Origin: Kiritimatiellia bacterium
Lineage (GTDB): Bacteria > Verrucomicrobiota > Kiritimatiellia > JAAZAB01
Assembly (NCBI GenBank): GCA_040767085.1
Contig: JAXGPF010000011.1
Location: forward strand, 161,369-225,368
Length of the DNA stretch: 64,000 bases
Direction: 5' to 3'
Below the pieces are notes generated by a model. It was not told the origin of the DNA, ran no database searches, and saw nothing but the letters and a program-made list of their open reading frames with translations. The stretch's first letter is position 1; every line of letters starts with the position of its first letter. Of this stretch, positions 21,021-31,465 are shown one piece after another. The position numbers and the translations under genes were made by a program.

Positions 21021-22145
21021 TTACAACCGGAATACGTGCGGGCAAGGATACAGGATGCGGCAGCCGGTGGCGGTCACCACCACGACATCTTCCACGCGCA
21101 CCCCGCCGAGCTTGCGGTAATACAGGCCGGGCTCGACCGTCACCACCTGCCCGGCGCGCAGGCGGTTGTCCTGCAGGCCGATCCGCGGGGCTTCGTGGAC
21201 TTCCAATCCCAGGCCATGGCCCACGCTGTGGATAAATCCTTCCATCGCACCGGAATCCGTCCTGGTGGGAAATCCGGCCTTGGTCAAATAATCCAGAACC
21301 AGATCGTAAATCCGGCGCGCGGTCGCCCCTGCGCGGATATTGGCGATGGCCAGACTCTGCGCCCGGCGGACAGCCTGATACATCCTTGCCAGTGCGGGCG
21401 GCGGGTCGACTTTGACGACAGTCCGCGACAAATCGCCCCAATAGCCATGCTCCAGGTGCCGGGGAAAAATATCGAGCACGATGCCCTGCCCGGCCAGGAG
21501 CGGGCCGGCGCCGGTTTCGTGCGGGTCCGCCGCCGCGCGGCCGCAGGCCACAATCGTGCCCCACCCCATGCAATCATGTTGCAACATGGAGGCATGGATC
21601 GCCTGTTTCAGACGTTCCGCGGTCAGAATCCCGGCGCGGTCGCGCAATTGCCCGCGGCTGTCAATTTCCGCCTTGCGGATTATGCCAATGGCGGTCTGCA
21701 TGGCGGCCACCGCCGCGCGCTGGGATTCCCGGAGGCGGGCCAGTTCCGGCGCGCGCTTGATTTCCCGTTCTGGAAATACCGGCTCATCGCACACCGCGAC
21801 GCGCATGCCGGCCGCGGCCAGGCGCTGCACGATCCCGGCCGGGAAGTCGCCCGGCACCCGCACCGCGCGGATGTGCAGTCTGCGCAGCAGCCCCAGACAC
21901 CAATCCGCCAGCGTGCGGGGCGGACGGCGGTTGAGCGGCAATTCCGCCGGTGTAAAGACCTGCAGGCGTCCGCGAAACAAGCGGCGTGCGCGTGCCGCTT
22001 CCATGCCGCCGACCACCAGGCAGCGCCGGCGGCCCGCCTTTAGAAACACCACCGGATCGCTCCCGGAAAACGGCGCGGCATAGAATAAATCGGCATTTTG
22101 CTGAGGAATTCCGGCCAATAAGACGGGGCTTGTTAATTTATTCAC
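21021..22145 (-). CDS. M24-family Xaa-Pro peptidase
   Basis: YWGDLSRT, HSVGHGLGLEVHE, TVEPGLY, GVRVED motifs. Confidence 0.9.
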   Translation of the reverse strand: MNKLTSPVLLAGIPQQNADLFYAAPFSGSDPVVFLKAGRRRCLVVGGMEAARARRLFRGRLQVFTPAELPLNRRPPRTLADWCLGLLRRLHIRAVRVPGDFPAGIVQRLAAAGMRVAVCDEPVFPEREIKRAPELARLRESQRAAVAAMQTAIGIIRKAEIDSRGQLRDRAGILTAERLKQAIHASMLQHDCMGWGTIVACGRAAADPHETGAGPLLAGQGIVLDIFPRHLEHGYWGDLSRTVVKVDPPPALARMYQAVRRAQSLAIANIRAGATARRIYDLVLDYLTKAGFPTRTDSGAMEGFIHSVGHGLGLEVHEAPRIGLQDNRLRAGQVVTVEPGLYYRKLGGVRVEDVVVVTATGCRILYPCPHVFRL

Positions 22146-22260
22146 GATTTGTTACTGTTTTCAGGTGTTGAACGGCGCTGATTGCTCCGCCTTGTTGCAT
22201 TTCCGGCCCTTTAAGCAGCAAAAAGCCTCCAGCGCGAAGCAATATAATTTAAGCGGATAC

Positions 22261-22308
22261 CACCTACATATTGTTGCATAAATACTTGGAAACAACAACA
22301 TTTGGTAT
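22261..22308. promoter_or_regulatory. Tandem NrdR-box-like sites upstream of dnaA
   Basis: CACCTACATATTGTTG (22261) and CAACAACATTTGGTAT (22293), 32 bp apart. Confidence 0.5.
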
Positions 22309-22518
22309 AATGCGCTTTTTATGTTTTTTTTTCAAGCTTTTCACTTGCTATCCGGAGGCGTGGCGGTTATGCTCCGCCCTTGTTGGGCAAGGAGGAAGAT
22401 GAGGCGGGCTGTTAATAACTTGTTAATTGGGTTAAATAAACAGCTTCTTTTTCGCATCAAATAGCTTACATATCGGCGTTTAAGGTTAACTGGGTTTTTT
22501 ATCGGGGGCAACCGGAAC

Positions 22519-23913
22519 ATGGAATCGGCCGAATCAATTTGGAAAAAAGCCTGCATCGAACTTAAAAATAAACTTCATGAGGATATATATTCCCGCTGGA
22601 TCGCCGTTATTTCCGCCGGCCGGATAGAATCCGATACCATGGTGCTTTATGTAAGCAACGATATTTATCAATCATGGCTGGAGGAAAACTATCTCCCGGT
22701 CATCCGGGAAACCGTGGCGGAAGTCAACGGGGAAGCTTTCAACATAATCTTTGAAGTGCATCATAACGGCCGCCTGCCGCCGCCGGCGGAAGCGGTGCCG
22801 GCCGTCCCGTCCAAAAGCGGTCCGGCCGAGGTGCGGCGGCGTCTTGCGCCATCCGGCGGCGCCGGCGAGCTGGACGGAATATTAAATCCGAAATATTCCT
22901 TCAAGACTTTTGTCGTCGGGCCTTCGAATAACTTTGCCCATGCTTCATCTTTGGCAGTGGCCCAGGCGCCCGGCAAAGCTTACAACCCGCTTTTCATTTA
23001 CGGCGGCGTCGGCCTCGGCAAAACGCACTTGATGCAGGCCATCGGCCACGAGGTCATGACCAATGCCCGCGGCCACATTCATTACCTTTCCTGCGAATCG
23101 CTGATGAATGAATATATAGAGGCCTTGCAGCATCGCCGGATCAAGCAGTTCCGCGACAAATACCGCGGGACGGATCTTTTGATGATCGACGATATCCATT
23201 TCCTTTCCAAGACCGGCGCGCTGCAGGAGGAATTTTTTCATACCTTCAACGTGCTATACGACGCCCACAAACAGATCGTCATGACCAGCGATCGGCCGAT
23301 CGGCGAAATCTCCGGGTTGGAGCAGCGGCTGGTCTCGCGGTTCGAATGGGGCCTGGTCACCGAACTGATGCCCCCGGATTTCGAGACGCGCATGGCAATC
23401 CTGCGTTCCAAGCAGAAAACGTTGAATTTCACAATCAACGAAGATGTCCTGCTGTTCATCGCCTCCAATATCAAGTCGAATATCCGCCGCCTGGAAGGCG
23501 CCTTGAACACGATCACTTCCTACGCATCGCTTTACAAGCGGCCGGTGACGATTGACGTGGCGGAGGATATTTTGAGCCGGTGCATCGACCGCGAGCATCG
23601 GAATCCCATCACCATCAACATGATTCAAAAGCAGGTGGCGGAATTTTTCGACATCCGCATGGCGGACATGACCAGCAAGCAGCGTTCGCAAAACGTCGCC
23701 CTGCCCCGCCAGATTGCAATGTTCCTTTGCCGGCGCATGACGAAATCATCGTTTCCGGAAATCGGCGCGGCCTTCGGCAAAACACACGCAACCGTGTTGC
23801 ATGCGCACCGTTGCATCGAAAGGCGTTCCCTGAAAGACAAGCAGATCAACCAGGCCGTCGAAAGAATATCGCGCCAGTTGGAAGAATCCACCGCCGCCGG
23901 CGGTAAAACCTGA
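22519..23913 (+). CDS. dnaA: Chromosomal replication initiator DnaA
   Basis: YNPLFIYGGVGLGKTHL, EEFFHTFN, RLVSRFEWGL motifs. Confidence 0.98.
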   Translation: MESAESIWKKACIELKNKLHEDIYSRWIAVISAGRIESDTMVLYVSNDIYQSWLEENYLPVIRETVAEVNGEAFNIIFEVHHNGRLPPPAEAVPAVPSKSGPAEVRRRLAPSGGAGELDGILNPKYSFKTFVVGPSNNFAHASSLAVAQAPGKAYNPLFIYGGVGLGKTHLMQAIGHEVMTNARGHIHYLSCESLMNEYIEALQHRRIKQFRDKYRGTDLLMIDDIHFLSKTGALQEEFFHTFNVLYDAHKQIVMTSDRPIGEISGLEQRLVSRFEWGLVTELMPPDFETRMAILRSKQKTLNFTINEDVLLFIASNIKSNIRRLEGALNTITSYASLYKRPVTIDVAEDILSRCIDREHRNPITINMIQKQVAEFFDIRMADMTSKQRSQNVALPRQIAMFLCRRMTKSSFPEIGAAFGKTHATVLHAHRCIERRSLKDKQINQAVERISRQLEESTAAGGKT

Positions 23914-24171
23914 TGGCAGTTAATATCCCTGTTGAAAACCAAGTCAAAACCTTAAGATAAAATTGTTGAAAAAAACGATATTTGAATAACGGCGCAGTTC
24001 TTAAAATATTTACCAAACCGGATTAACATTCTGCTTGCAGTCCGGGCTGGTTCTACTGCCTTAACCCAAACATTTTATACTTGTCTTTAACATTATTAAC
24101 ACTCATTATAATAATAAAAATTAATTAAATAAATATTAGACGGATCGTTCAACAAACAAACTGGAGCTTAA
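23914..24171. other. Probable oriC (AT-rich dnaA-dnaN intergenic region with variant boxes and DUE)
   Basis: TGTTGAAAA x2; adjacent TCTTTAACA-TTATTAACA followed by CTCATTATAATAATAA and an AT-only tract. Confidence 0.7.
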
Positions 24172-25269
24172 ATGAAATTCACAGTCGCAAAGGACGCATT
24201 TCTTAAAGGGCTGCAGATGGTTCAATCCATCATCAGTTCCCATAACACCGCCGCCGTCTTGTACAACATCCTGCTGACGGCGGAAAACGGAACCTTAAAA
24301 ATGGCGGCCACGGACCTGTCCGTCAGCCTCCAGTATTCGATTGACGGCGTGGATGTGAACGAGCCTGGCGCCACCACGCTGCATGCCCGCCGGCTGCTGG
24401 GGCTGATCCGGGAATTGCCGGGCGAAAAAGTGGAAATATCCGTTGACGACAAGCATACCGCGACCATTCAGGCAGGGTCTTCTAATTACAAGATTTACGG
24501 AATTCCGGCGGAAGAATTTCCGCCGATCAAGGTCAGCGAGACGGAAAAGGTTTTTTCGCTGGAGCAGGGCGCGTTTCGCGAAATGCTGAAAAAGACCGTC
24601 TATGCCGTTTCCACGGACGAAAGCCGCCAGGTTTTAAACGGCATCCTGATGACCGTTGCCGAGCAGAAATTAACGGTGGTGGCGACGGATGGAAGGCGCC
24701 TGGCGCTGGTCGAGCAGGAAATCGAAATTCCGGTGGATGTCCAGGCGAATGTGGTCATTCCCACCAAGACCGTCAACGAACTGGTCAAAGCGTTGGGCGA
24801 CGAAGGGACGCTGAAAATCAAGGCCGTCACCGGGATGGTTTCGTTTGAAATTGATAATGTTGTCATCATCTCCAAGCTGATAGACGGCAATTATCCGAAC
24901 TACCGGCAGGTCATTCCCGGACAATGCGAAGAAAAGATAACCCTGGAACGCGAGATATTTTTGGCGACCTTGCGGCGCGTTTCGCAACTGGCCAAGGAGA
25001 AAAACGTTCCAGTCCGGCTGACTTTCGATAAAAATCAGTTGCGTGTGTTCGCCAGCGTCCCGGATGTGGGCGAAGCGGACGAGACCATGCCGATCAAGTA
25101 CAAGGGCAAGACAATCGCCATGGCATTCAACCCGGATTACCTTATGGATCCCCTGCGGAATCTTACCAGCGACGAGGTCAATATTGAGATGGTGGACGAT
25201 TTAAGCCCCGCCGTCGTCAAATGCGACATTCCATTCCTTTACGTGATTATGCCGCTGCGGTTGAGTTGA
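24172..25269 (+). CDS. dnaN: DNA polymerase III beta clamp
   Basis: VATDGRRL, GNYPNYRQVIP, AFNPDYL, YVIMPLR motifs; follows dnaA. Confidence 0.97.
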   Translation: MKFTVAKDAFLKGLQMVQSIISSHNTAAVLYNILLTAENGTLKMAATDLSVSLQYSIDGVDVNEPGATTLHARRLLGLIRELPGEKVEISVDDKHTATIQAGSSNYKIYGIPAEEFPPIKVSETEKVFSLEQGAFREMLKKTVYAVSTDESRQVLNGILMTVAEQKLTVVATDGRRLALVEQEIEIPVDVQANVVIPTKTVNELVKALGDEGTLKIKAVTGMVSFEIDNVVIISKLIDGNYPNYRQVIPGQCEEKITLEREIFLATLRRVSQLAKEKNVPVRLTFDKNQLRVFASVPDVGEADETMPIKYKGKTIAMAFNPDYLMDPLRNLTSDEVNIEMVDDLSPAVVKCDIPFLYVIMPLRLS

Positions 25270-25307
25270 AGCGATCCGGCGGCCGCGCGATATCCGGCGG
25301 GTATAAA

Positions 25308-26918
25308 GTGGTTCTGCGTTTTTTTAGATTATGCTTGTGCGCCGCCGCCATGGCCGCGGGAGCGCGCGCGAGCGAGATTGTCATACTGCATACCGCCGAT
25401 GTGCATGGCAATGTATTCAATTCCGGCCTCTGCGGCGATGCCCGGGGCGCCGGCGGACTGCTCCGCTGCGCGGCCCTGATCAAGGACATCCGGAAAAATC
25501 ATCCCGAAGCCGTGTTGCTGGATCTGGGCGACTTGTTCCAGGGCACCGCGGAAAGTTACCGCACGCGCGGGTTGCTGGTGGCGGAAATCGTCAAATCCAT
25601 GCGTTATGACGGGCTGGTGGTCGGCAACCATGAATTTGACTGGGGCGCGGATACGCTGTGGAAGTTTTACGAGCAAGCGGAAACCAAGGTGTTGGCGGCG
25701 GATATTTTCACGGCGCAGGCCTTGCACTTCGCGCAGGCCGGTCTCTGGCCGCCGGCCAACGACGGTGAACTCCGGCCGGCGGCAATTCATCCGTATTTCA
25801 TCAAAAAAATCCAGGGCGCGCGCCTGGCGGTGATCGGCTTGAGTAATCCGCACATGCCGCGCTGGTTCAAGCCGGAAGCGCTGGGCAACCTGTTGTTTTT
25901 CGACTCGGTGACGGCGATCCGCGGCGTGCTGACGCAGGTGCGCGCGGCCCGGCCGGATGTGATCGTGCTGGCCGTGCACCAGGGCTACCGCGACTGGGGC
26001 GACAACCCGGCGAATCGCATCAACGAAATCGCGGCTAATTTTCCGGAGCTGACGGCCATCATCGGCGCACACAGCCATGCTCCCCTGCCGATGGAGGAAA
26101 TCAACGGGATTCTATATACCCAGACCGAACCTTATGCGCGCAGCTTGGGAAAGCTTACGATTAATTTCGATTTGAAGGAGCGGCGGATTGTCAGCCGGCG
26201 CGCCGAACTGCTGCCGGCGGACGCAGCGGTTGCGCCCGAGCCGGCATTGCTGGCCCGATACGGCGGACCGCGCGCAGACACGGAGGCGTATCTTGACCGG
26301 GTGGTCGGCGCGGCGGCCTGTGATCATACGCCCGCGCCGGTTTCGCCCGGGCAATCGCGCATGCAATCCCTGATAGCCGCCGCCATCGCCGAGCGCACGG
26401 GCGCGGAGGCCGTACTGCACGGCCACCTGGCGGACGCGGCGCTGTTTGCGGGGCCGGTGCGCATGCGGGACATCTGGCGGGCGGTGCCCTACGAAAACAG
26501 CATCGGGGTAGCGGACCTCACGGCGGAAGAAATCGCGGAGATTCTGGAGGAGAACAGCCGGTATTATAATTCGCCGCAGTTCCGGGGCGTGTATGGCATG
26601 ACCTACCGGATCACCTTCGACAGCCGGTATCCGCGCATCAGCGACATCCAGATCGGAGGGCAGCCGGCGGCGCCCGCGCCCCGGCGTTACAAGATCGCTT
26701 TCAACAGCTTTGACCTGGCTTCGGCAGGCGACCGCCTGCCGCGCTTGCGCGCAATCACGGAAAAACCATCCAGCGCGTTGCACGACACCGGGCTGGATAC
26801 CCGGCAGATAGTCATAGATTATATTGCCAGCCACCCCGATTTCGATATATTAAACGTGCCGCCGGCTGCCGGCGCGATTGTCCCGTCCGGGCGGTCATTC
26901 CGGCGCGAGCGGGAATGA
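25308..26918 (+). CDS. Bifunctional metallophosphatase/5'-nucleotidase
   Basis: HTADVHG, DLGDLFQG, GNHEFD, GAHSH motifs; signal peptide; start uncertain. Confidence 0.85.
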   Translation: MVLRFFRLCLCAAAMAAGARASEIVILHTADVHGNVFNSGLCGDARGAGGLLRCAALIKDIRKNHPEAVLLDLGDLFQGTAESYRTRGLLVAEIVKSMRYDGLVVGNHEFDWGADTLWKFYEQAETKVLAADIFTAQALHFAQAGLWPPANDGELRPAAIHPYFIKKIQGARLAVIGLSNPHMPRWFKPEALGNLLFFDSVTAIRGVLTQVRAARPDVIVLAVHQGYRDWGDNPANRINEIAANFPELTAIIGAHSHAPLPMEEINGILYTQTEPYARSLGKLTINFDLKERRIVSRRAELLPADAAVAPEPALLARYGGPRADTEAYLDRVVGAAACDHTPAPVSPGQSRMQSLIAAAIAERTGAEAVLHGHLADAALFAGPVRMRDIWRAVPYENSIGVADLTAEEIAEILEENSRYYNSPQFRGVYGMTYRITFDSRYPRISDIQIGGQPAAPAPRRYKIAFNSFDLASAGDRLPRLRAITEKPSSALHDTGLDTRQIVIDYIASHPDFDILNVPPAAGAIVPSGRSFRRERE

Positions 26919-26961
26919 GGCCCTTTCGGCCAAAGCATCAGCAACCAGACAGGAAAGAAAC

Positions 26962-27870
26962 ATGAAAAAAACACCGGCGGATTTCGATGTCGTCATCGGC
27001 TTGGACATGGAAACGGACGTGGGGTCGTTCACATCCAATTACGAAGGCGTAAAAAAAGGCACTCCCGCCCTGTTGAAGGTTTTGCGGGGGCATGGAGCGA
27101 GCGCGACATTTTTCTGGACCGGCCATGCCGCCGAGCAGAATCCGGAGATGGTCCGGCAGGTGGCGGCCAGCGGCCATGAAACCGGCTGCCACGGGATGTA
27201 CCATGAAACGCTGGGCGACCCGCTTTTCCCCCTGCCCAACAATTGGCCGCTGCTGCCGTCGGAGGTTGCCGGCCGCATCCGGCTGGCCACGAAGATAGTC
27301 GGCCAGACGGCCGGCCGGCGTCCGGTAAGTTTCCGTTGTCCGCGTCTCTGGGGCAGCACCCGGGTGGTGCAGGAATTGGAAAAACTGGGGTATATCGCCG
27401 ATGCCTCGCTGCCGCTTTATTATTATCGCACCATGTTCGTTCCATATCATCCTTCCGCGAAAGATTGGACCAAGCCGGGACGGATGCGCATCGTGGAACT
27501 GCCGAATTTCTGCGACTTGACGATGAAGAGCAAGGATCCGCTTTACAACCGCGATCGCGATCAATGGCCGCTTTTCCGGACCAAGTCCGCCAAGGCGCTC
27601 CTGGTTAAGGTGGACTCGTTCATGGATTACGTCAGGCGCCGCCGGCAGCGGCCGGTGCTGGTATTTTATTTTCATCCCTGGGAGTTCCATCCCATGCCGC
27701 AGGGCGCCATCGATTTCGGCGAGGCGTCCGTGCGTCCCTTGCCGTTTATCGTCAAGCATTGCGGCCCGCGCGCCCTGGAAGAATTCGATAAATTATGCCT
27801 GGGCCTGCGCCAAAGGGGCGGCCGGTTCGTTACGGCCGGCGACCTGGCCCGCGAATATATAGCCGGGTAA
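26962..27870 (+). CDS. Polysaccharide deacetylase family protein
   Basis: GLDMETD, ATFF, GHETGCHG, FRCP, YFHPWEF motifs. Confidence 0.85.
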   Translation: MKKTPADFDVVIGLDMETDVGSFTSNYEGVKKGTPALLKVLRGHGASATFFWTGHAAEQNPEMVRQVAASGHETGCHGMYHETLGDPLFPLPNNWPLLPSEVAGRIRLATKIVGQTAGRRPVSFRCPRLWGSTRVVQELEKLGYIADASLPLYYYRTMFVPYHPSAKDWTKPGRMRIVELPNFCDLTMKSKDPLYNRDRDQWPLFRTKSAKALLVKVDSFMDYVRRRRQRPVLVFYFHPWEFHPMPQGAIDFGEASVRPLPFIVKHCGPRALEEFDKLCLGLRQRGGRFVTAGDLAREYIAG

Positions 27871-27874
27871 AGCC

Positions 27875-28846
27875 ATGCGATTAAGTAAATTATACAAATT
27901 ATTCCAAAACGGACAGCGGCGCTGCCACCTGGTCGGCGACGAGCAGGCTGGCGTGCTGGTCGGGCTGGACCTGGAAGGCCGGCTGTATGCGGTGGCGGAA
28001 GGCGAAGTGCTTAACCGCGTTAATCCCGCGGCGTTGGAAGGGCAGTCCACCATGGACGGATACCTTAACCCGGGCGGCGACGGGCTGTGGCCGGCGCCGG
28101 AAGGTTCGCGCCTGGGCTATGAATATGCCGCGGGCAGATGGCGGGTGCCGCCGGGATTGACCGGGGCGCGGTACCGGGTGACGGATACCGGCCCGCGGAT
28201 GGCGGTGGTGCAGGCGGAGGTTGATTTGATCAATTCCAGCGGACAGGGAATGCCGATGATTTTCGAACGGCGCATCCGCGCGGCAAAGCCGGCCGGGCAT
28301 GCCGGCCGCGCCGTCCAGGTCCTGGTGTGCGAATGCCTGAAATATCTGGGGCAGCGCCCCCTACCCCGGCCGGCTGCCATGATCGCGCCCTGGACGCTGG
28401 CCCAATTTGATTCCGGCCCGGGGGCGGAAGTGGTCTTTCCGGGCCGGCCGGACATGCTGATACACGATTTTTACGATCCCAGCGGCGACCGCCGCCGGCA
28501 TGCAGGCGGGCTTTGGCGGACGCGCACCGACGGCAGCGGCCCGCGGTATCAGATCGGGTTGGAGCCCGACGTGCCCTGGATCGAATACCGTTACCCGGCG
28601 CGCGGGTTGACTGTCCGGCGCGCGGCGGCGCCCTTGGCGCCAGGCTGGGACTATATGGATATCGCCGACCGGCAGCCGGACCTTGATCCGCAGCCTTTGG
28701 CCATCCGGTACAGCGTTTACAGCGATCCATCCGGCTTCATGGAAATCGAGGCGGCGGGCGGAGCGCCCGCGGTGTTAACTCCAGGCATAAGCCTGGAGTT
28801 GTCGGTGGATACCACTTATTACGCTGACGCTGCTGAACTGCAATGA
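27875..28846 (+). CDS. Hypothetical protein (possible galactose-mutarotase-like fold)
   Basis: 323-aa ORF in operon position; NPGGDGLWPAPE and FMEIE motifs. Confidence 0.6.
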   Translation: MRLSKLYKLFQNGQRRCHLVGDEQAGVLVGLDLEGRLYAVAEGEVLNRVNPAALEGQSTMDGYLNPGGDGLWPAPEGSRLGYEYAAGRWRVPPGLTGARYRVTDTGPRMAVVQAEVDLINSSGQGMPMIFERRIRAAKPAGHAGRAVQVLVCECLKYLGQRPLPRPAAMIAPWTLAQFDSGPGAEVVFPGRPDMLIHDFYDPSGDRRRHAGGLWRTRTDGSGPRYQIGLEPDVPWIEYRYPARGLTVRRAAAPLAPGWDYMDIADRQPDLDPQPLAIRYSVYSDPSGFMEIEAAGGAPAVLTPGISLELSVDTTYYADAAELQ

Positions 28847-30060
28847 AATCCGGTTTTCTGGATAAATTAATCGAGCGGCTGGACAAGCTGGACCCGCGCA
28901 GCGTGCAAGCCCATTTCCTGCGGCTGGTCCAGGAGAAGGGGCTGCTGGAAGCCGTGTTTAATGCCTTGCAGGAAGGCGTCATCGTGCTGGATGCCCAGGG
29001 CAACATAAACTATGCCAACCAGGCCGCCGCCAAAATGCTGGGCTTTACCCTGGAAAACGCCATCCGCCAGCCGGTGTCGCGGTTCCTGCGGGAGATCGAA
29101 TGGCATAAAATCATCGGGCTGGATACGCGGGAATGGTCAAAACTGATCAGCCGTGAAATCGAAATAACTTACCCGCAGCATAAATTTTTGAATTTTTACG
29201 TCATGCCCCTGGCGGCCGACGCGGAGCCCGACCGCGGCGCCGTGGTGATCTTCCGCGACGTGACCTGCGACCGCGAGCAGGAATCCCGGACACTCAACGC
29301 CGAAAGGCTGAACGCCTTGACGCTCCTGGCGGCCGGTGTCGCCCACGAGATCGGCAATCCCCTGAATTCCCTGCACATCCATCTGCAATTACTGGAACGC
29401 GGCCTGCGCCAGGCGCGCCTGCCCCAGGGCGATAAACTGCGCGACTCGGTGCGCGTGGCCCGGGCCGAAGTCGAGCGGTTGAATCTGACGATTACCCAGT
29501 TCCTGCGCGCGATCCGCCCGACCGTGCCGCAGCGCGAGCAGTGCTCCCTCGAGGAAATCCTGCGGGAAATCCTGGCTTTTCTGAAAAACGAGATTGACGA
29601 TCGGGATGTCCTGGCGGAAGTAAAGGTGCTCGAGCCCATCCCGAAAATTTCCGTTGACCGCAACCAGATCAAGCAGGCTTTTTTCAACATCGTCAAAAAC
29701 AGTTTGCAGGCGATGTCCAAAGGGGGGCTGCTGACCATCACCATGTTTGCCAATGACCGGTTTGCCGGGGTCTCGTGCAAAGACACCGGCGCGGGCATTC
29801 CGCCGGAAAAACTCGGCTCTTTGTTCGAGCCATACCAGACCACCAAGGAAGGCGGCAGCGGGCTGGGCTTGATGATTGTGCAGCGGATTTTGCAGGATCA
29901 TGGCGGCGAGATGGAAATTCACAGCCAGCCGGGCCAAGGCACGACTTTTACCGTGCTGCTGCCGTTGGATGCCCGCCGCATCAGGTTGTTGAAAGCGCCG
30001 CGGCGGCCGGCGCCGCGCCGGCAGGCGCAAGGGGGAAATGACCATGAGCAGCCGGCGTAA
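28843..30060 (+). CDS. PAS-domain sensor histidine kinase (NtrB-like)
   Basis: VAHEIGNPL H-box, N-box, DTGAGI, GSGLGL. Confidence 0.92.
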   Translation: MKSGFLDKLIERLDKLDPRSVQAHFLRLVQEKGLLEAVFNALQEGVIVLDAQGNINYANQAAAKMLGFTLENAIRQPVSRFLREIEWHKIIGLDTREWSKLISREIEITYPQHKFLNFYVMPLAADAEPDRGAVVIFRDVTCDREQESRTLNAERLNALTLLAAGVAHEIGNPLNSLHIHLQLLERGLRQARLPQGDKLRDSVRVARAEVERLNLTITQFLRAIRPTVPQREQCSLEEILREILAFLKNEIDDRDVLAEVKVLEPIPKISVDRNQIKQAFFNIVKNSLQAMSKGGLLTITMFANDRFAGVSCKDTGAGIPPEKLGSLFEPYQTTKEGGSGLGLMIVQRILQDHGGEMEIHSQPGQGTTFTVLLPLDARRIRLLKAPRRPAPRRQAQGGNDHEQPA

Positions 30061-31465
30061 ACCTGTCATACTGGTGGTGGAAGACGAAAAAAACACCCGC
30101 GAAGGGCTGCGGCATGCCCTGGAGGACGACTACCAGGTGCTTTTAGCCGACAGCGGCGAAACCGCCTGGCGTCTGCTGGAGGAACATGGCGCCGTCGAAG
30201 TCATGATCACCGACATGCGCATGTCCGGCATGGACGGATTGACGCTGATCCGCCGGGCCCTGGGGCGCGATGCCAACCTGGTGTGCATACTGCTGACGGC
30301 GTATGGCACGATCGAAACCGCCGTCGAAGCCATGAAAATCGGCGCTTATGATTTCCTCACCAAGCCGGTCAACCTGGATCAACTGGAATTGGTACTGCAG
30401 CGCGCCCTGCGGTCGCGGCAGTTGGAAGACGAAAACCGGCAACTGCGCCGGCAACTGAACAAAAAATTCGGCCTGGAGAATATCACCGGCCAGGCACCCT
30501 GCATGGAGGAAGTGTTTAACCTGATCCAGCAGGTGGCGCCCTCCCGCGCCACCGTCCTGATCCAGGGCGAAAGCGGCACCGGCAAGGAACTCGTGGCGCA
30601 TGCTATTCATGGCTTGAGTACCCGGGCCCGCGGCCCATTCATCGCCGTGCATTGCGCCGCCCTGCCCCGCGAATTGCTGGAAAGCGAGTTGTTCGGGCAC
30701 GAAAAAGGCGCTTTTACCGGCGCCACCGACCGCCGCCGCGGCCGGTTTGAGCTGGCGGAAGGCGGGACATTGTTCCTGGACGAGATTTCCGAAATTGATC
30801 CGGTGATTCAGGTCAAACTGCTGCGCGTCCTTGAAGAACGCAAGTTCGAGCGCGTCGGCAGCCAGGAAACCTTGTCGGCGGATATCCGGCTGGTGGCCGC
30901 GACCAACCGCAACCTGGCGCAGATGGTGGAAGAAAACCGCTTCCGCCCTGATCTGTATTTCCGCCTGAATGTAGTCACCATAACATTGCCTCCCCTGCGC
31001 GACCGGATCAACGATATTCCACTGCTCCTGCGGCGTTTCATGCAGGAATTTTCCAGGGAAAACGAGAAACACATCGAAGAAATAACCCCGGATGCCATGC
31101 AGGCCTTGTTGGGGTATGCCTGGCCCGGCAATGTGCGCGAACTGCGCAATGCCGTGGAACGCATGGTGGTGCTGGCGCGCGGGAATAAATTAACCGTGCG
31201 CGACCTGCCGCCGGCCATCCGCGGCGAAGCGGCGGCGGCCGGGGCCGGCCTGGCGGCGGCGCGCCCGACTTCCATCCAGGAAGCCAACCGGCAAATGATC
31301 CTGGCCGCCCTGGACGCCAACGGCGGCAATCGCGCGCAGGCCGCGGCACAACTGGGCATCAGCCGGCGCACCTTGCATCGCAAACTACGCGAATTCGGCA
31401 TCCCCGGCCGGCGCGAGCCAAGCCGCCGCTCGCCAGCTACCCAACCAGAAAAACAAGATGAATGA
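30038..31465 (+). CDS. Sigma54-dependent response regulator (NtrC family)
   Basis: Receiver domain, [23 protein letters not shown]-terminal HTH. Confidence 0.95.
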   Translation: MTMSSRRKPVILVVEDEKNTREGLRHALEDDYQVLLADSGETAWRLLEEHGAVEVMITDMRMSGMDGLTLIRRALGRDANLVCILLTAYGTIETAVEAMKIGAYDFLTKPVNLDQLELVLQRALRSRQLEDENRQLRRQLNKKFGLENITGQAPCMEEVFNLIQQVAPSRATVLIQGESGTGKELVAHAIHGLSTRARGPFIAVHCAALPRELLESELFGHEKGAFTGATDRRRGRFELAEGGTLFLDEISEIDPVIQVKLLRVLEERKFERVGSQETLSADIRLVAATNRNLAQMVEENRFRPDLYFRLNVVTITLPPLRDRINDIPLLLRRFMQEFSRENEKHIEEITPDAMQALLGYAWPGNVRELRNAVERMVVLARGNKLTVRDLPPAIRGEAAAAGAGLAAARPTSIQEANRQMILAALDANGGNRAQAAAQLGISRRTLHRKLREFGIPGRREPSRRSPATQPEKQDE

